NCBI GenBank assembly: GCA_964619365.1
Contig: CAZUDQ010000001.1
Coordinates: 185,842 to 242,520, forward strand
Direction: 5' to 3'
Length of the DNA: 56,679 nucleotides
Source: an uncultured archaeon
GTDB taxonomy: Archaea > Altiarchaeota > Altiarchaeia > JAFGQM01
The number at the start of each line of letters is the position of its first letter. Position 1 is the first letter of the stretch. Both the position numbers and the translations under genes were made by a program. The notes under the pieces were generated by a model. That model saw nothing but the letters and a program-made list of their open reading frames with translations. It did not search any database and was not told the DNA's origin. Below are positions 9,426-20,810 of the stretch, piece after piece.

Positions 9426-9719
9426 ATGAGCGTCAAGATATCCGAGCTGTATGGTACCGAAATCTACACGGCAAAAGCAAAGCATTTAGGTAAGATAGAA
9501 GACATTATCCTTAACCTTCAGAAAGGTGAGATAATGCGAATAACGCTTCAACCCCTAAAAAGCGGATTCCTTTCAAAGTCAAAAGTTGAAGAAATCCTAA
9601 AAGACAACAGCGTCGGGTATCAGGACGTTGAAGAGGTGGGCGACATAGTCCTTGTCAAGCCGACAGTACGTATCACCGGACCTGCCGAGACCTCAAAAAA
9701 GCCAAAGCACGCAAACTAA
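9426..9719 (+). CDS. PRC-barrel domain protein (possible CdpB-like division factor)
   Basis: ISELYGTEIYT..AKHLGKIEDIILN and VEEVGDIVLV are PRC-barrel signatures. Confidence 0.85.
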   Translation: MSVKISELYGTEIYTAKAKHLGKIEDIILNLQKGEIMRITLQPLKSGFLSKSKVEEILKDNSVGYQDVEEVGDIVLVKPTVRITGPAETSKKPKHAN

Positions 9720-9833
9720 ATATCAATTCTTTTTTTAGTGAACACGATCCCAAGCTTTAAACAACCCCATTAATTCAAACCAGCCTTAGGCCTAATACTT
9801 TAATCCCTTTTCCCTCTAAAATCTATAAGTAAA

Positions 9834-10193
9834 ATGCCAAAACCTAAACCCCCAGCCCGCAGAAAACCTCGCTCCATCTCAGTAGTGAGGCGCGCGCAAA
9901 AGCAAACAGTTGCGGCAAGAAAAGAGATAGCGCGTCTTCAGGCAGGTGGCAAGACAAGTGTCCTTAAGAAAGTGAAGAATACTGATTCTCAAACTATGGC
10001 ACGTAACGGTGGATTGTGGAAACCTAGATTCAATCCAGAAAAAGCGGTCCTAAATTATATAGACAACATAATGCCATTAGAACAACTCCCCGAGATTGAT
10101 TTAATAGCCACAGAGATGGAACTGGCGGCATTAAAGGAATTTAACAAGAACAACCTTGGCGCGCGCAAGAAATTTATTAAACCTGGGAAATAA
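9834..10193 (+). CDS. Small basic hypothetical protein with MPKPKP leader
   Basis: 119-aa ORF filling an intergenic gap, preceded by its own TATA-like element. Confidence 0.7.
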   Translation: MPKPKPPARRKPRSISVVRRAQKQTVAARKEIARLQAGGKTSVLKKVKNTDSQTMARNGGLWKPRFNPEKAVLNYIDNIMPLEQLPEIDLIATEMELAALKEFNKNNLGARKKFIKPGK

Positions 10194-10241
10194 AGTCTTC
10201 CGATTATTTATCTAGTCTTTGCTTCTAAGTCCTAAGTTATT

Positions 10242-11630
10242 ATGGTTCTTGACAAGCTAGGTGGTGGTCTGCAGGGCGTGCTTGAGAAAATACGGGGGTC
10301 TGGTGTAGTTGACAAGACAACAGTCCGCGAAATAGTCAAGGAAATCCAAAAGACCCTTATTTCTTCAGACGTCAAAATCGAGCAGGTATTTGCGATATCT
10401 AAGGCAATAGAAGACAAGGCGCTAAACGAACGCCTGCCTGCCGGAATCTCAAGAAAAGAACACCTCATAAAAGTAGTCTATGAAGAGATAACAAACCTTA
10501 TGGGGGAGGAAGAAGCAAAGTTCGAGCTTGACCCAAAAACCCAAAATATTATAATGCTTGTTGGAGTGCAGGGCTCCGGGAAGACAACACAAGCTGCAAA
10601 ACTTGCCAAGTACCTGATGAAAAAAGGGTTTAACCCCGGCATGATATGTGTCGATAAGTTCCGTCCTGGCGCATTAGACCAGTTAAAGCAACTTGGCGCT
10701 GAAATAAATGTTCCAGTTTATGGCGAACCGGGTGAGAAGAATCCAGTAAAGATAGCAAAACACGGTCTTCTTGAGTTCAAGAATAAAGGTGTTGTTATTA
10801 TAGACTCGGAAGGTCGTCACTCCTTAGACGCAGACTTAATGGACGAGATAGAGTCCTTAGAAAAAGCGGTTTCTCCAGCCTACACTTTACTCGTGCTTGA
10901 TGCGACAATCGGGCAGGCCGCTGAAAAACAGGCGCGAGCGTTTAAGGAAAAAGCGCAGGTCAACGGAATCATTCTTACAAAGCTTGACGGTTCTGCAAAA
11001 GGTGGTGGTGGAATCTCCGCATGTGCTGCGGCGGAGGCGCCAGTTTTCTTTATAGGAGTAGGCGAGCGCATAAGTGACCTTGAGCGCTTTGACCCAAAGG
11101 CCTTTGTAGGACGCCTGATGGGCTTTGGCGACATGAAAGGACTTCTTGACAGGTTCCATGAGGCGGCCGAGTCAGAAGACGCTGAGGACGCGGCAAAGCG
11201 CATGATGGCAGGAAAGTTCACACTTATTGACGTTTACTCACAACTTGAGCAGGTAAAAGGAATGGGTTCGCTCTCAAAGATTGCAGACATGCTTCCTGGA
11301 ATGGGAAGCGCCATGAAAAAACTCCCAAAGGATATGATGAATGTCCAGGAGGAAAAACTCGCAAAATTCAAGCCCATAATGCAGTCAATGACAGCAGAGG
11401 AACTCGAGAACCCAAAACTCTCAAGGGCAAGAGTAGAAAGAATAGCACAAGGCTCCGGGACAACAACAGAAGATGTCCGCGCACTTATCGCCCAATATAA
11501 CCAAATGCGCTCGACTTTTAAGAAAATCCGCAAAAACCGCCAGTTTGCAAAGATGTTTAAGGGAATGGACGAGTCTTCAATGGGTGGAAGTGCGGGTGGT
11601 GGTCCTGGTATTGGCGGCCTAAGTGGCTAA
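10242..11630 (+). CDS. srp54: Signal recognition particle protein SRP54
   Basis: GVQGSGKTT, RPGA..QL, TKLDGSAKGGG, FIGVGE, Met-rich M domain with SRARVERIAQGSG. Confidence 0.96.
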   Translation: MVLDKLGGGLQGVLEKIRGSGVVDKTTVREIVKEIQKTLISSDVKIEQVFAISKAIEDKALNERLPAGISRKEHLIKVVYEEITNLMGEEEAKFELDPKTQNIIMLVGVQGSGKTTQAAKLAKYLMKKGFNPGMICVDKFRPGALDQLKQLGAEINVPVYGEPGEKNPVKIAKHGLLEFKNKGVVIIDSEGRHSLDADLMDEIESLEKAVSPAYTLLVLDATIGQAAEKQARAFKEKAQVNGIILTKLDGSAKGGGGISACAAAEAPVFFIGVGERISDLERFDPKAFVGRLMGFGDMKGLLDRFHEAAESEDAEDAAKRMMAGKFTLIDVYSQLEQVKGMGSLSKIADMLPGMGSAMKKLPKDMMNVQEEKLAKFKPIMQSMTAEELENPKLSRARVERIAQGSGTTTEDVRALIAQYNQMRSTFKKIRKNRQFAKMFKGMDESSMGGSAGGGPGIGGLSG

Positions 11631-11634
11631 AGAG

Positions 11635-11690
11635 ATTTTAGAGCATAGTTAAAAGCTATTTTAAAGCATAGTTAAAAGCTATTTTAGAGC
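11635..11690. repeat. 23-bp tandem repeat, about 2.4 copies
   Basis: ATTTTAGAGCATAGTTAAAAGCT / ATTTTAAAGCATAGTTAAAAGCT / ATTTTAGAGC. Confidence 0.9.
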
Positions 11691-11804
11691 CTATTTTTAC
11701 TCAATATTACACCCCATTTTCAATGATTTGGCAAATACTCAAAAATACCCCCTTTTTAAGTACAGAACTTCTAAATTTCCAAGTGAAAATTTGATTGTTT
11801 TTAA

Positions 11805-13769
<1,965 letters not shown>

Positions 13770-13773
13770 CGAA

Positions 13774-16569
13774 GTGGAAAAAGACTACGAAGAAGAAAGT
13801 CCCACAGGGGAAGAAGAAATAGACTCAGTAGAAAAAACAGAATCTATAGAAGAAACAGGAACTCCCAACAAAGATGAGGACTTAGTATCAGGAGAACCCA
13901 TTGAGGAAACATCTAAGGAAGGCTCTTTAGAAGAAGAAATCCTAAGGGCTGATGGCCGTTCCATAATACCAAGAAGTATTGAGGAGGAGATGAAAGAGTC
14001 CTACATAGACTATGCCATGTCTGTTATTGTAGGCCGCGCCCTTCCCGATGTCCGCGATGGCCTTAAGCCGGTTCACAGAAGAGTCCTTTATGCCATGAAC
14101 GACCTAGGTCTTGCCCACAACAAAGCATATAAGAAGAGCGCAAGACTAGTCGGTGAAGTTCTCGGTAAATATCATCCTCACGGCGACTCGGCAGTATACG
14201 ACACAATGGTTCGTATGGCCCAAGATTTCTCGCTTAGATACCCTCTTGTTGACGGCCAGGGCAACTTCGGTTCGATTGACGGTGACTCGGCTGCCGCGAT
14301 GAGATACACAGAATCAAGGATGTCACGTCTGGCAGAAGAGCTTCTTTCCGATATTGATAAGGAAACAGTCGATTTCACACCAAACTTTGACGAGACGTTA
14401 GAGGAGCCAACAGTACTTCCCTCAAAGTTCCCAAACCTTCTTGTAAACGGCTCATCAGGAATTGCGGTTGGAATGGCAACAAACATGCCGCCCCACAACC
14501 TAACAGAGGTCATAGAGGGGATAATCGCGACAATAAACACTCCGGAAATTGAGTCCATGGACCTTCTCCAATACATAAAGGGTCCGGATTTCCCAACAGG
14601 CGGCCGGATAATGGGCCAAGGGGGAATAGTTTCAGCCTATACTACAGGACGTGGCTCAGTAAAGGTGCGCGCCAAAACAAAGAGTGAGGAACGAAACAAC
14701 CACGAAAGGATAATTGTAATAGAGCTCCCATACATGGTCAACAAGGCAAATCTCATAACAAATATTGCCGAGCTTGTCAAGAACAAGAAAATAGAAGGCA
14801 TCTCAGACTTGCGGGACGAATCCGACAGGAAAGGGATGAGGATAGTAATAGAGCTTAAACGCGGAGCACAATCAGAAATAGTCTTAAACCAACTTTATAA
14901 GCACACCCAGATGCAGACGACATTTGGAGTAAACAATCTGGCCCTTGTTGAAGGAAGACCGGTAACACTAGACATTAAATCACTTATTTCAGAGTTCATA
15001 AAACATAGGGTTGAAGTTATAACCCGCAGATGCCAGTTTGAATTAAGAAAGAGCGAGGCACGCGCCCACATCTTAGAAGGCCTGAGGATAGCTCTTGACA
15101 ATATTGATGCGATAGTGACTCTCATTCGCGCGTCAAAAAACGCCGAAGAAGCAAGAGCCGGACTCGCAGAAAAGTTCGAGCTATCAGAAAAACAGTCCCA
15201 GGCAATCCTTGACATGCGCCTCCAGAAATTAACAGGGCTTGAGCGCGAGAAGATAGAGACTGAATATAACGAGCTCTTAAAATATATCTCCTGGCTTAAG
15301 GAAATACTCTCAGACAGAGAGAAAGTACTACAGATAATAAAAGACGAACTCCTTGAGATAAAAGAAAAATACGGGGACGCTCGAAGGACAGACCTTTGTG
15401 AATCAATCGATGACCTTGATATCGAGGATTTAATACCCCGCGAAGAGATGGTCGTGTCTATAACAAACCAGGGCTACATCAAGCGAATACCACTTTCAAC
15501 GTATAGGGCGCAAAGGCGCGGCGGGCGCGGCGTAATGGGTATGGAGACAAAAGACGAAGACTTTGTCGAGCGGCTCTTTATAGGCTCAACCCACGATTTC
15601 ATGCTTTTTTTCACTGACAAGGGCCAAGTGCACTGGCTTAAGGTCTACCGATTGCCTGTCGAAGGTAGGTATTCTAAGGGCAAAGCAATAGTCAACCTTC
15701 TAGAACTTGACTCTAATGAGAAGATATCCTCAGCAATACAAATCCCTGAGTTTGAAGAGGGCAAATATCTTGTTATGATAACAAAAAACGGTGTCATCAA
15801 AAAGACTTCTCTCAATGCGTACAGCCGCCCGCGAAAAGGTGGAATAATCGCAATAAACTTAAGAGAAGACGATGAGCTTCGTCGGGTGTTCCTTACAAAT
15901 GGGAATGACGAAATCCTTGTTTCTACAAGAAACGGAATGTCAATAAGGTTCTCTGAGACTGACGCGCGTCCCTTGGGCAGGAATTCAATGGGTGTTCGCG
16001 CCATAAGACTTAAGGATAAAGGGAAGGGCAAAGACGAAGTAATAGGGGCAGTTGTCATTGATTCGGAGTCCACACTCCTCACAGTAACAGAAAATGGATA
16101 CGGGAAACGAAGCTCGTTTGAGAGATACCCGATTCAACGCCGCGCAGGGATGGGAGTAATTGATATCAAGACAACAGAGCGCAACGGAAAAGTTATTGTC
16201 GCAAGGACAGTTACAGAGGATGACCAAATAATGGCAATAACCTCAGGCGGCATAATAATCAGGATGCCTGTTGCAGGCATTTCAGAAATAGGGCGAAACA
16301 CCCAAGGCGTGCGTGTTATGCGGCTTGATAAGGGCAATAAGCTTGTATCTATTGCAAAAGTCGTTTCAGAAGATGAGGAACCTGAAGAGGTGCCTGAGGT
16401 GGGCAGTCAAAATGAATCCCCGTCTACTGGAGCATCAGACCCTATGGAAACTGGCGAACCCTTAGAAACTCCTGGCAGTGAAATAAAAGACGAAGAGGAC
16501 GCCTCAATTGAAGAACAAATAGAAGAAAGTCCCAAAGAGCCTACAGAAACATTAGACGAGTTAACATAA
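13774..16569 (+). CDS. gyrA: DNA gyrase subunit A with acidic N- and C-terminal extensions
   Basis: [23 protein letters not shown] (catalytic Tyr), GyrA-box QRRGGRG, beta-pinwheel repeats. Confidence 0.98.
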   Translation: MEKDYEEESPTGEEEIDSVEKTESIEETGTPNKDEDLVSGEPIEETSKEGSLEEEILRADGRSIIPRSIEEEMKESYIDYAMSVIVGRALPDVRDGLKPVHRRVLYAMNDLGLAHNKAYKKSARLVGEVLGKYHPHGDSAVYDTMVRMAQDFSLRYPLVDGQGNFGSIDGDSAAAMRYTESRMSRLAEELLSDIDKETVDFTPNFDETLEEPTVLPSKFPNLLVNGSSGIAVGMATNMPPHNLTEVIEGIIATINTPEIESMDLLQYIKGPDFPTGGRIMGQGGIVSAYTTGRGSVKVRAKTKSEERNNHERIIVIELPYMVNKANLITNIAELVKNKKIEGISDLRDESDRKGMRIVIELKRGAQSEIVLNQLYKHTQMQTTFGVNNLALVEGRPVTLDIKSLISEFIKHRVEVITRRCQFELRKSEARAHILEGLRIALDNIDAIVTLIRASKNAEEARAGLAEKFELSEKQSQAILDMRLQKLTGLEREKIETEYNELLKYISWLKEILSDREKVLQIIKDELLEIKEKYGDARRTDLCESIDDLDIEDLIPREEMVVSITNQGYIKRIPLSTYRAQRRGGRGVMGMETKDEDFVERLFIGSTHDFMLFFTDKGQVHWLKVYRLPVEGRYSKGKAIVNLLELDSNEKISSAIQIPEFEEGKYLVMITKNGVIKKTSLNAYSRPRKGGIIAINLREDDELRRVFLTNGNDEILVSTRNGMSIRFSETDARPLGRNSMGVRAIRLKDKGKGKDEVIGAVVIDSESTLLTVTENGYGKRSSFERYPIQRRAGMGVIDIKTTERNGKVIVARTVTEDDQIMAITSGGIIIRMPVAGISEIGRNTQGVRVMRLDKGNKLVSIAKVVSEDEEPEEVPEVGSQNESPSTGASDPMETGEPLETPGSEIKDEEDASIEEQIEESPKEPTETLDELT

Positions 16570-16595
16570 CAACATAAGATTTAAGAAAAAAGTTA

Positions 16596-16674
16596 TGGTG
16601 GGCCTAACCGGATTTGAACCGGCGACCTTTCGATTATCAGTCGAACGCTCTAAACCATGCTGAGCTATAGGCCC
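16596..16674 (-). tRNA. tRNA-Ile(GAT), CCA encoded
   Basis: Cloverleaf: GGGCCTA/TAGGCCC acceptor, TTCGA-CTGATAA-TCGAA anticodon arm, TTCAAAT T-loop, 3' ACCA. Confidence 0.96.
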
Positions 16675-16774
16675 ATAACAATTCTTTTTGTTTGCCCCAC
16701 TTGATTTTACTAAAAGATAAGTAACTAAGCAAACGCGGCTAATTTTGAAGCTTTTTTTATTAAAAGCTTAACTC

Positions 16775-17530
16775 TTATCCAAAAAGCCTGCGGACAAGAA
16801 GCATTTTTGGTGTTTTGTATTCAACCCCGCTTATATTTGCCGCCAGTTGCCTGTAACCTATTGCGGCTTTTGAATAGGGTGAATGGAAGAGGATTGGAGT
16901 TTTTTCAGAGACTGCATGTCTCATTTTCTTGTCTTCAGGGATACTGCCGATTATCGGTACCTCACAAAGAGTTTCAATATCTTCGTGTGAAATCTCATGA
17001 CAATCGTTCTCAACCCGGGTTATCACAAGACCCAAAATGGGCTTTTCCATCTTTTTTGCAATCTCTATTATCTTTACGGCATCAGTTATTGAGGGCACAT
17101 CAGGCGTCGATACAATAATAAGCTCGTCACAGGCTTCCATTATATGGTAGATGTCTTGAGAGAAACCGGGTGGCGAGTCTATAATAGAGAGCCCCTCAAC
17201 CTTTCCCATTTTCTTAGAAAACCCCGACATATCAACAATGGACTTCTCTATTGAAAGTGATGCGGGGACAACCCTTAACCCTTTTGGGACAACCCTTATC
17301 GTCGAATTTATGTCCATCGGCCCACTAAGAACGTCCTGGAGTGTCCCTTCTTTTTCAGGAAGACCGAAATGAATGGTCATATTAGCAGAACTAACGTCAG
17401 CGTCTATTATCGTCGGGGCGTGCCCAAGTTCAGTTAAGGCCGCGCCAAGGTTTATTGTAGTTACAGTCTTTCCGACGCCACCTTTACCCGATAATATGCC
17501 TATCGCGCGACGATTTTTCTTGTTTGCCAT
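16775..17530 (-). CDS. minD: MinD/ParA family ATPase
   Basis: Deviant Walker A GKGGVGKT, IIDAD, IIDSPPG, IPED; start placed at MANKK (17530) rather than the longer ORF. Confidence 0.88.
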   Translation of the reverse strand: MANKKNRRAIGILSGKGGVGKTVTTINLGAALTELGHAPTIIDADVSSANMTIHFGLPEKEGTLQDVLSGPMDINSTIRVVPKGLRVVPASLSIEKSIVDMSGFSKKMGKVEGLSIIDSPPGFSQDIYHIMEACDELIIVSTPDVPSITDAVKIIEIAKKMEKPILGLVITRVENDCHEISHEDIETLCEVPIIGSIPEDKKMRHAVSEKTPILFHSPYSKAAIGYRQLAANISGVEYKTPKMLLVRRLFG

Positions 17531-17623
17531 TTCCTCCAAACTATCTAAAGCCACCATAAATAAAAAACTAAGCATTTTTAATCCCCAAACAGTAAAATAA
17601 AGGAATTGTTTGGGTGTAATCAA

Positions 17624-18112
17624 ATGGATAAATCAGTAATAATAGCGGCAATTGTTGCAATAGTGATAATAATTGGGGTCACATTGATAATAAACCCCTT
17701 TGGTAACTCGGGTACAAGTACGACTCCGGAGAAAACAGCAGACGCAAGCATTTCTGCCGAAGACGTTATAAAAGGAACAGAAGAGCAGCCAGCTCCTGCG
17801 GACACAAAAAAGGAGACTACTCCTGAGGTAAAAGACACAACACCATCAAAGCCAAAGCCAGACACGTCAGACGGTATTCCAGACAAGACCGCAGTTGACG
17901 CGACTTATGGTGTGGTGATTGATGAAGTGGAAGGTGATTGTACTTTATACCAACACGCATCAACAGGTCGTTTTGAGTGTTTTGGGACAGCCGGGGAAAT
18001 CGAAACGATGGTCCCAAGAAGCGAGTATAACTCAGTTGTTGAAGAAACTGAATATTTCTGCAAGGCGACTAAGTTTGGTTGCAAACTATATCAGAAAGTA
18101 ATCCTGGAATAA
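17624..18112 (+). CDS. Membrane-anchored hypothetical protein (N-terminal TM, Pro/Thr linker, 4-Cys C-terminal domain)
   Basis: MDKSVIIAAIVAIVIIIG hydrophobic anchor; start placed at ATG 17624. Confidence 0.75.
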   Translation: MDKSVIIAAIVAIVIIIGVTLIINPFGNSGTSTTPEKTADASISAEDVIKGTEEQPAPADTKKETTPEVKDTTPSKPKPDTSDGIPDKTAVDATYGVVIDEVEGDCTLYQHASTGRFECFGTAGEIETMVPRSEYNSVVEETEYFCKATKFGCKLYQKVILE

Positions 18113-18113
18113 G

Positions 18114-18464
18114 ATGAAGATGGGCGCCAAAAAGGCAGTTCTCATTTCCTCCATTCTTATACTTTTTTTATTTCCTACAACCCTAGCGATAAGCTCCTGT
18201 CCTGTCGGAAAAGAGGTTTTTTGTGTTGAAGATTTTGTTTACTCATGTGCTGGCAATACCCCAGAAGCGATAAAACATTGCCCCAATGGTTGCGAGGGGG
18301 ATGGCTGTTCTGAAATAGGAACTACAGTATCTCCACATTCCAACAAAGAGCCCTTAAGCGAGTCTGGAGAGCTTGCTGAAGAACAGGATTACTTCCTCCT
18401 TACTATGTTTGGGTTTATCACTCTTTTTGCTGTGGTGATAATTATTTTATACCTTCGCATGTAA
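18114..18464 (+). CDS. Small Cys-rich surface protein with signal peptide and C-terminal TM
   Basis: Signal peptide, CPVG..C....C...CPNGC...C module, C-terminal hydrophobic helix. Confidence 0.75.
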   Translation: MKMGAKKAVLISSILILFLFPTTLAISSCPVGKEVFCVEDFVYSCAGNTPEAIKHCPNGCEGDGCSEIGTTVSPHSNKEPLSESGELAEEQDYFLLTMFGFITLFAVVIIILYLRM

Positions 18465-18502
18465 GTTTTGATATTTTTAAAGCAGCACCCAAAAATATAT
18501 TG

Positions 18503-18519
18503 GACCGACTATATCGGTC
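18503..18519. promoter_or_regulatory. Palindromic operator-like site
   Basis: GACCGA-CTATA-TCGGTC between a TATA-like box and the ATG at 18534. Confidence 0.4.
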
Positions 18520-18533
18520 AAAACCCAAGCAAA

Positions 18534-19127
18534 ATGAATTTAATGAACCTTATTTCAGATCCGGTTACTCTGATAAAGGAAGCAAAAGCGGAAAAAACTA
18601 TGCAGTCGTCTTGGATTAACCTTGCGATTGTAGGAATAATCTTTGCAATAGGTGTTGCGATACCTGTTGCCTTAGTTAACGCGGCCGACGCAGCAGTACT
18701 CGGGGCAATGACTTTTATTGCAACCATGATATGGGGCGCAGTCCTCGGATGCACACTTGCTTACGCCATGCGTGTTCTGGGTGGAAAAGGAGTAATGAAA
18801 GACGGTATTGACTTATACGTCCTTGCCGTGATTGCACCAGCAGTCGCATGGCTCCTCGCATCAATACTTATTGCAATAGGCGCACTCACACTTAACCCAG
18901 GGCTTATTATGGCAATGAGTCTTATTGCAATGGTCATACAGGTTCTTGGTCTAATTGCAGGACTGGCAATAGGCTTCCGTGCGACAAAAGACCTTTTTGG
19001 ACTTGATTCAGCAAGTGCTCTTGCAGGAATGGTGATAATTGTTATTGCTTATGCTACCTCAGTAGTTCTTGTCGGATTATCGGTCTTTGACGCTGCAATA
19101 TCTGTCTTAATGCGAGTTTTCTTATAA
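18534..19127 (+). CDS. Yip1-like multi-pass membrane protein
   Basis: N-terminal LISDPVT, about 5 TM helices, RVLGGKG turn. Confidence 0.65.
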   Translation: MNLMNLISDPVTLIKEAKAEKTMQSSWINLAIVGIIFAIGVAIPVALVNAADAAVLGAMTFIATMIWGAVLGCTLAYAMRVLGGKGVMKDGIDLYVLAVIAPAVAWLLASILIAIGALTLNPGLIMAMSLIAMVIQVLGLIAGLAIGFRATKDLFGLDSASALAGMVIIVIAYATSVVLVGLSVFDAAISVLMRVFL

Positions 19128-19204
19128 GAAATAACAAAAGGGGTGCTTTTCTGCCCCCCTCTTTTCTTTTTTTATATTTGTTTTCTAATTTCTCCTGGTT
19201 TAAT

Positions 19205-19822
19205 ATGAGACATAAAGGCGACGTTTTGCCGCTTCACAGGCTTGAAGGCTTATATGATGGGGTATTTGCAATCGCAATGACCATTCTTGTTCTTGACCTC
19301 ATAATACCCGAAAATGCTTCGGTTGACACACAAACAGAGCTTGCAGGAATGCTTACGTCCTTCATTCATATTTTCATAAACTATTGTGTAGCATTTATTA
19401 TGCTTGCATCCTTCTGGCTCATAAGCATTCACCAGTTCAAATACTTCAAAGAGACAAACGAAGCCCATATATGGATTAGCCTCTTCATGCTTCTTTTTAT
19501 CTGTCTGATGCCCTTTGTTACCTCATTTATGGGAGACTTTGGAGGTCTTGTAATAGCAGAGCTAATGTTTCACTTAGATATCCTGATTATAGGAATATTC
19601 ATATGGGCCAGATGGAAGCTAATCGAGAGCTCTCCCGCCTTGCTTAAGGATGGGGCGGACCTAAATAAAATCGAAAAAAGCAAGAAGCTTGACCTTGTGC
19701 TCATATGGCTCCCACTCATAGGTATGCTCATTGCCATTTTCCTACCTGAGTTAGGTGCTAGTATATACTTCCTCCTTCCCCTCTGGTTTTCAGATAAAGT
19801 GGTTTCTAAGGTCGGGCTTTAG
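19205..19822 (+). CDS. TMEM175 (DUF1211) family K+ channel
   Basis: RLEGLYDGVFAIAMTILVLDL signature, FW..H, LMPFVTS. Confidence 0.88.
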   Translation: MRHKGDVLPLHRLEGLYDGVFAIAMTILVLDLIIPENASVDTQTELAGMLTSFIHIFINYCVAFIMLASFWLISIHQFKYFKETNEAHIWISLFMLLFICLMPFVTSFMGDFGGLVIAELMFHLDILIIGIFIWARWKLIESSPALLKDGADLNKIEKSKKLDLVLIWLPLIGMLIAIFLPELGASIYFLLPLWFSDKVVSKVGL

Positions 19823-19824
19823 CT

Positions 19825-20565
19825 CTAATAGATACCTATTGCACTCATCTCACTCATCTGTGAAAGGGCGTCCATACCAGATGCTATTTCTACACCATTA
19901 GACACAAGGTATGCAGTTTCTTCATTAAAGTACAGTATCTTTGTTGTTCCGTCACTTTCCCTAATAACTGCCTGACACATAGAGGTGCCTTTATATGGTT
20001 GCATCCCTTCAACCTCTATAGTCCCCGTACCACCTTTACTGTCAGTAAAAGGCGCTTCAAAACTACTGTCGCAGTAGCTGTTGACTGTCGGCGTTACCGA
20101 AGGTTGGCTTGGCACATCGTAAGGATTACTCGAAGATACCAAGACAGTCCCGTAGAGATCTACGATATACCATTCTTCTCCGTTTTCGTCAGAGTAGAAT
20201 TTAAGTTGTTCACCGCCTTGTGATATGCTTCCAGCACAAAAAGATTTACCGTTGTAAGTTTCCATACCGGTTATTACAACACTGGCGCCCTGATAGGGAA
20301 TAGTTTGTCCGGGTACGCACCAGGAGTTTGCGCTTCCAACTCCTGAATTACTCCCACTATTACTAGTGTCAAGGCCCCAAACCGAAGCGGGACTGTCTCC
20401 AGCCCAGTCGTTTCCTGAATCCAGCTCAAAATAATTATCATAACCATAATACCCGGAGTCAGCAGGGCCTGACATAAGCACGAACACAGATACAATCGCA
20501 ACAATAACAACGATAAGAATTATCAATAATACAACGGCAATACCAGCCTGACCTTTAGAATCCAT
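19825..20565 (-). CDS. Class III (pilin-type) signal peptide protein with duplicated disulfide-containing domain
   Basis: MDSKGQ followed by a hydrophobic stretch; repeats GMETYNGKSFC / GMQPYKGTSMC. Confidence 0.75.
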   Translation of the reverse strand: MDSKGQAGIAVVLLIILIVVIVAIVSVFVLMSGPADSGYYGYDNYFELDSGNDWAGDSPASVWGLDTSNSGSNSGVGSANSWCVPGQTIPYQGASVVITGMETYNGKSFCAGSISQGGEQLKFYSDENGEEWYIVDLYGTVLVSSSNPYDVPSQPSVTPTVNSYCDSSFEAPFTDSKGGTGTIEVEGMQPYKGTSMCQAVIRESDGTTKILYFNEETAYLVSNGVEIASGMDALSQMSEMSAIGIY

Positions 20566-20627
20566 AAGAAATTAAGGGGAACTGACATAAAAATAAAACT
20601 ATCTCTAAGGAGAAAAGAAGAATAAAG

Positions 20628-20702
20628 AGCCTCCAATGGGATTTGAACCCACGACCTATTGATTACAAGTCAATCGCTCTGGCCAGGCTGAGCTATGGAG
20701 GC
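20628..20702 (-). tRNA. tRNA-Thr(TGT)
   Basis: GCCTCCA/TGGAGGC acceptor, ATTGA-CTTGTAA-TCAAT anticodon arm, TTCAAAT T-loop. Confidence 0.96.
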
Positions 20703-20810
20703 ATTAGCCTTTGTTTTGCAAGAAGGGGGATTCTCCCCCTGAGTCTTGCCTGGTTTTTTGAGCCTTTAGAAATAAAAAGATTAACTTGGCGCGATTTTAC
20801 TGTTTATGCA

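Noticed and set aside
11635-11690. TTTTAGAGC...GTTAAAA resembles a type II CRISPR repeat or tracrRNA scaffold
   Set aside because: The units are directly adjacent with no spacers and there are no cas genes; it is a simple tandem repeat
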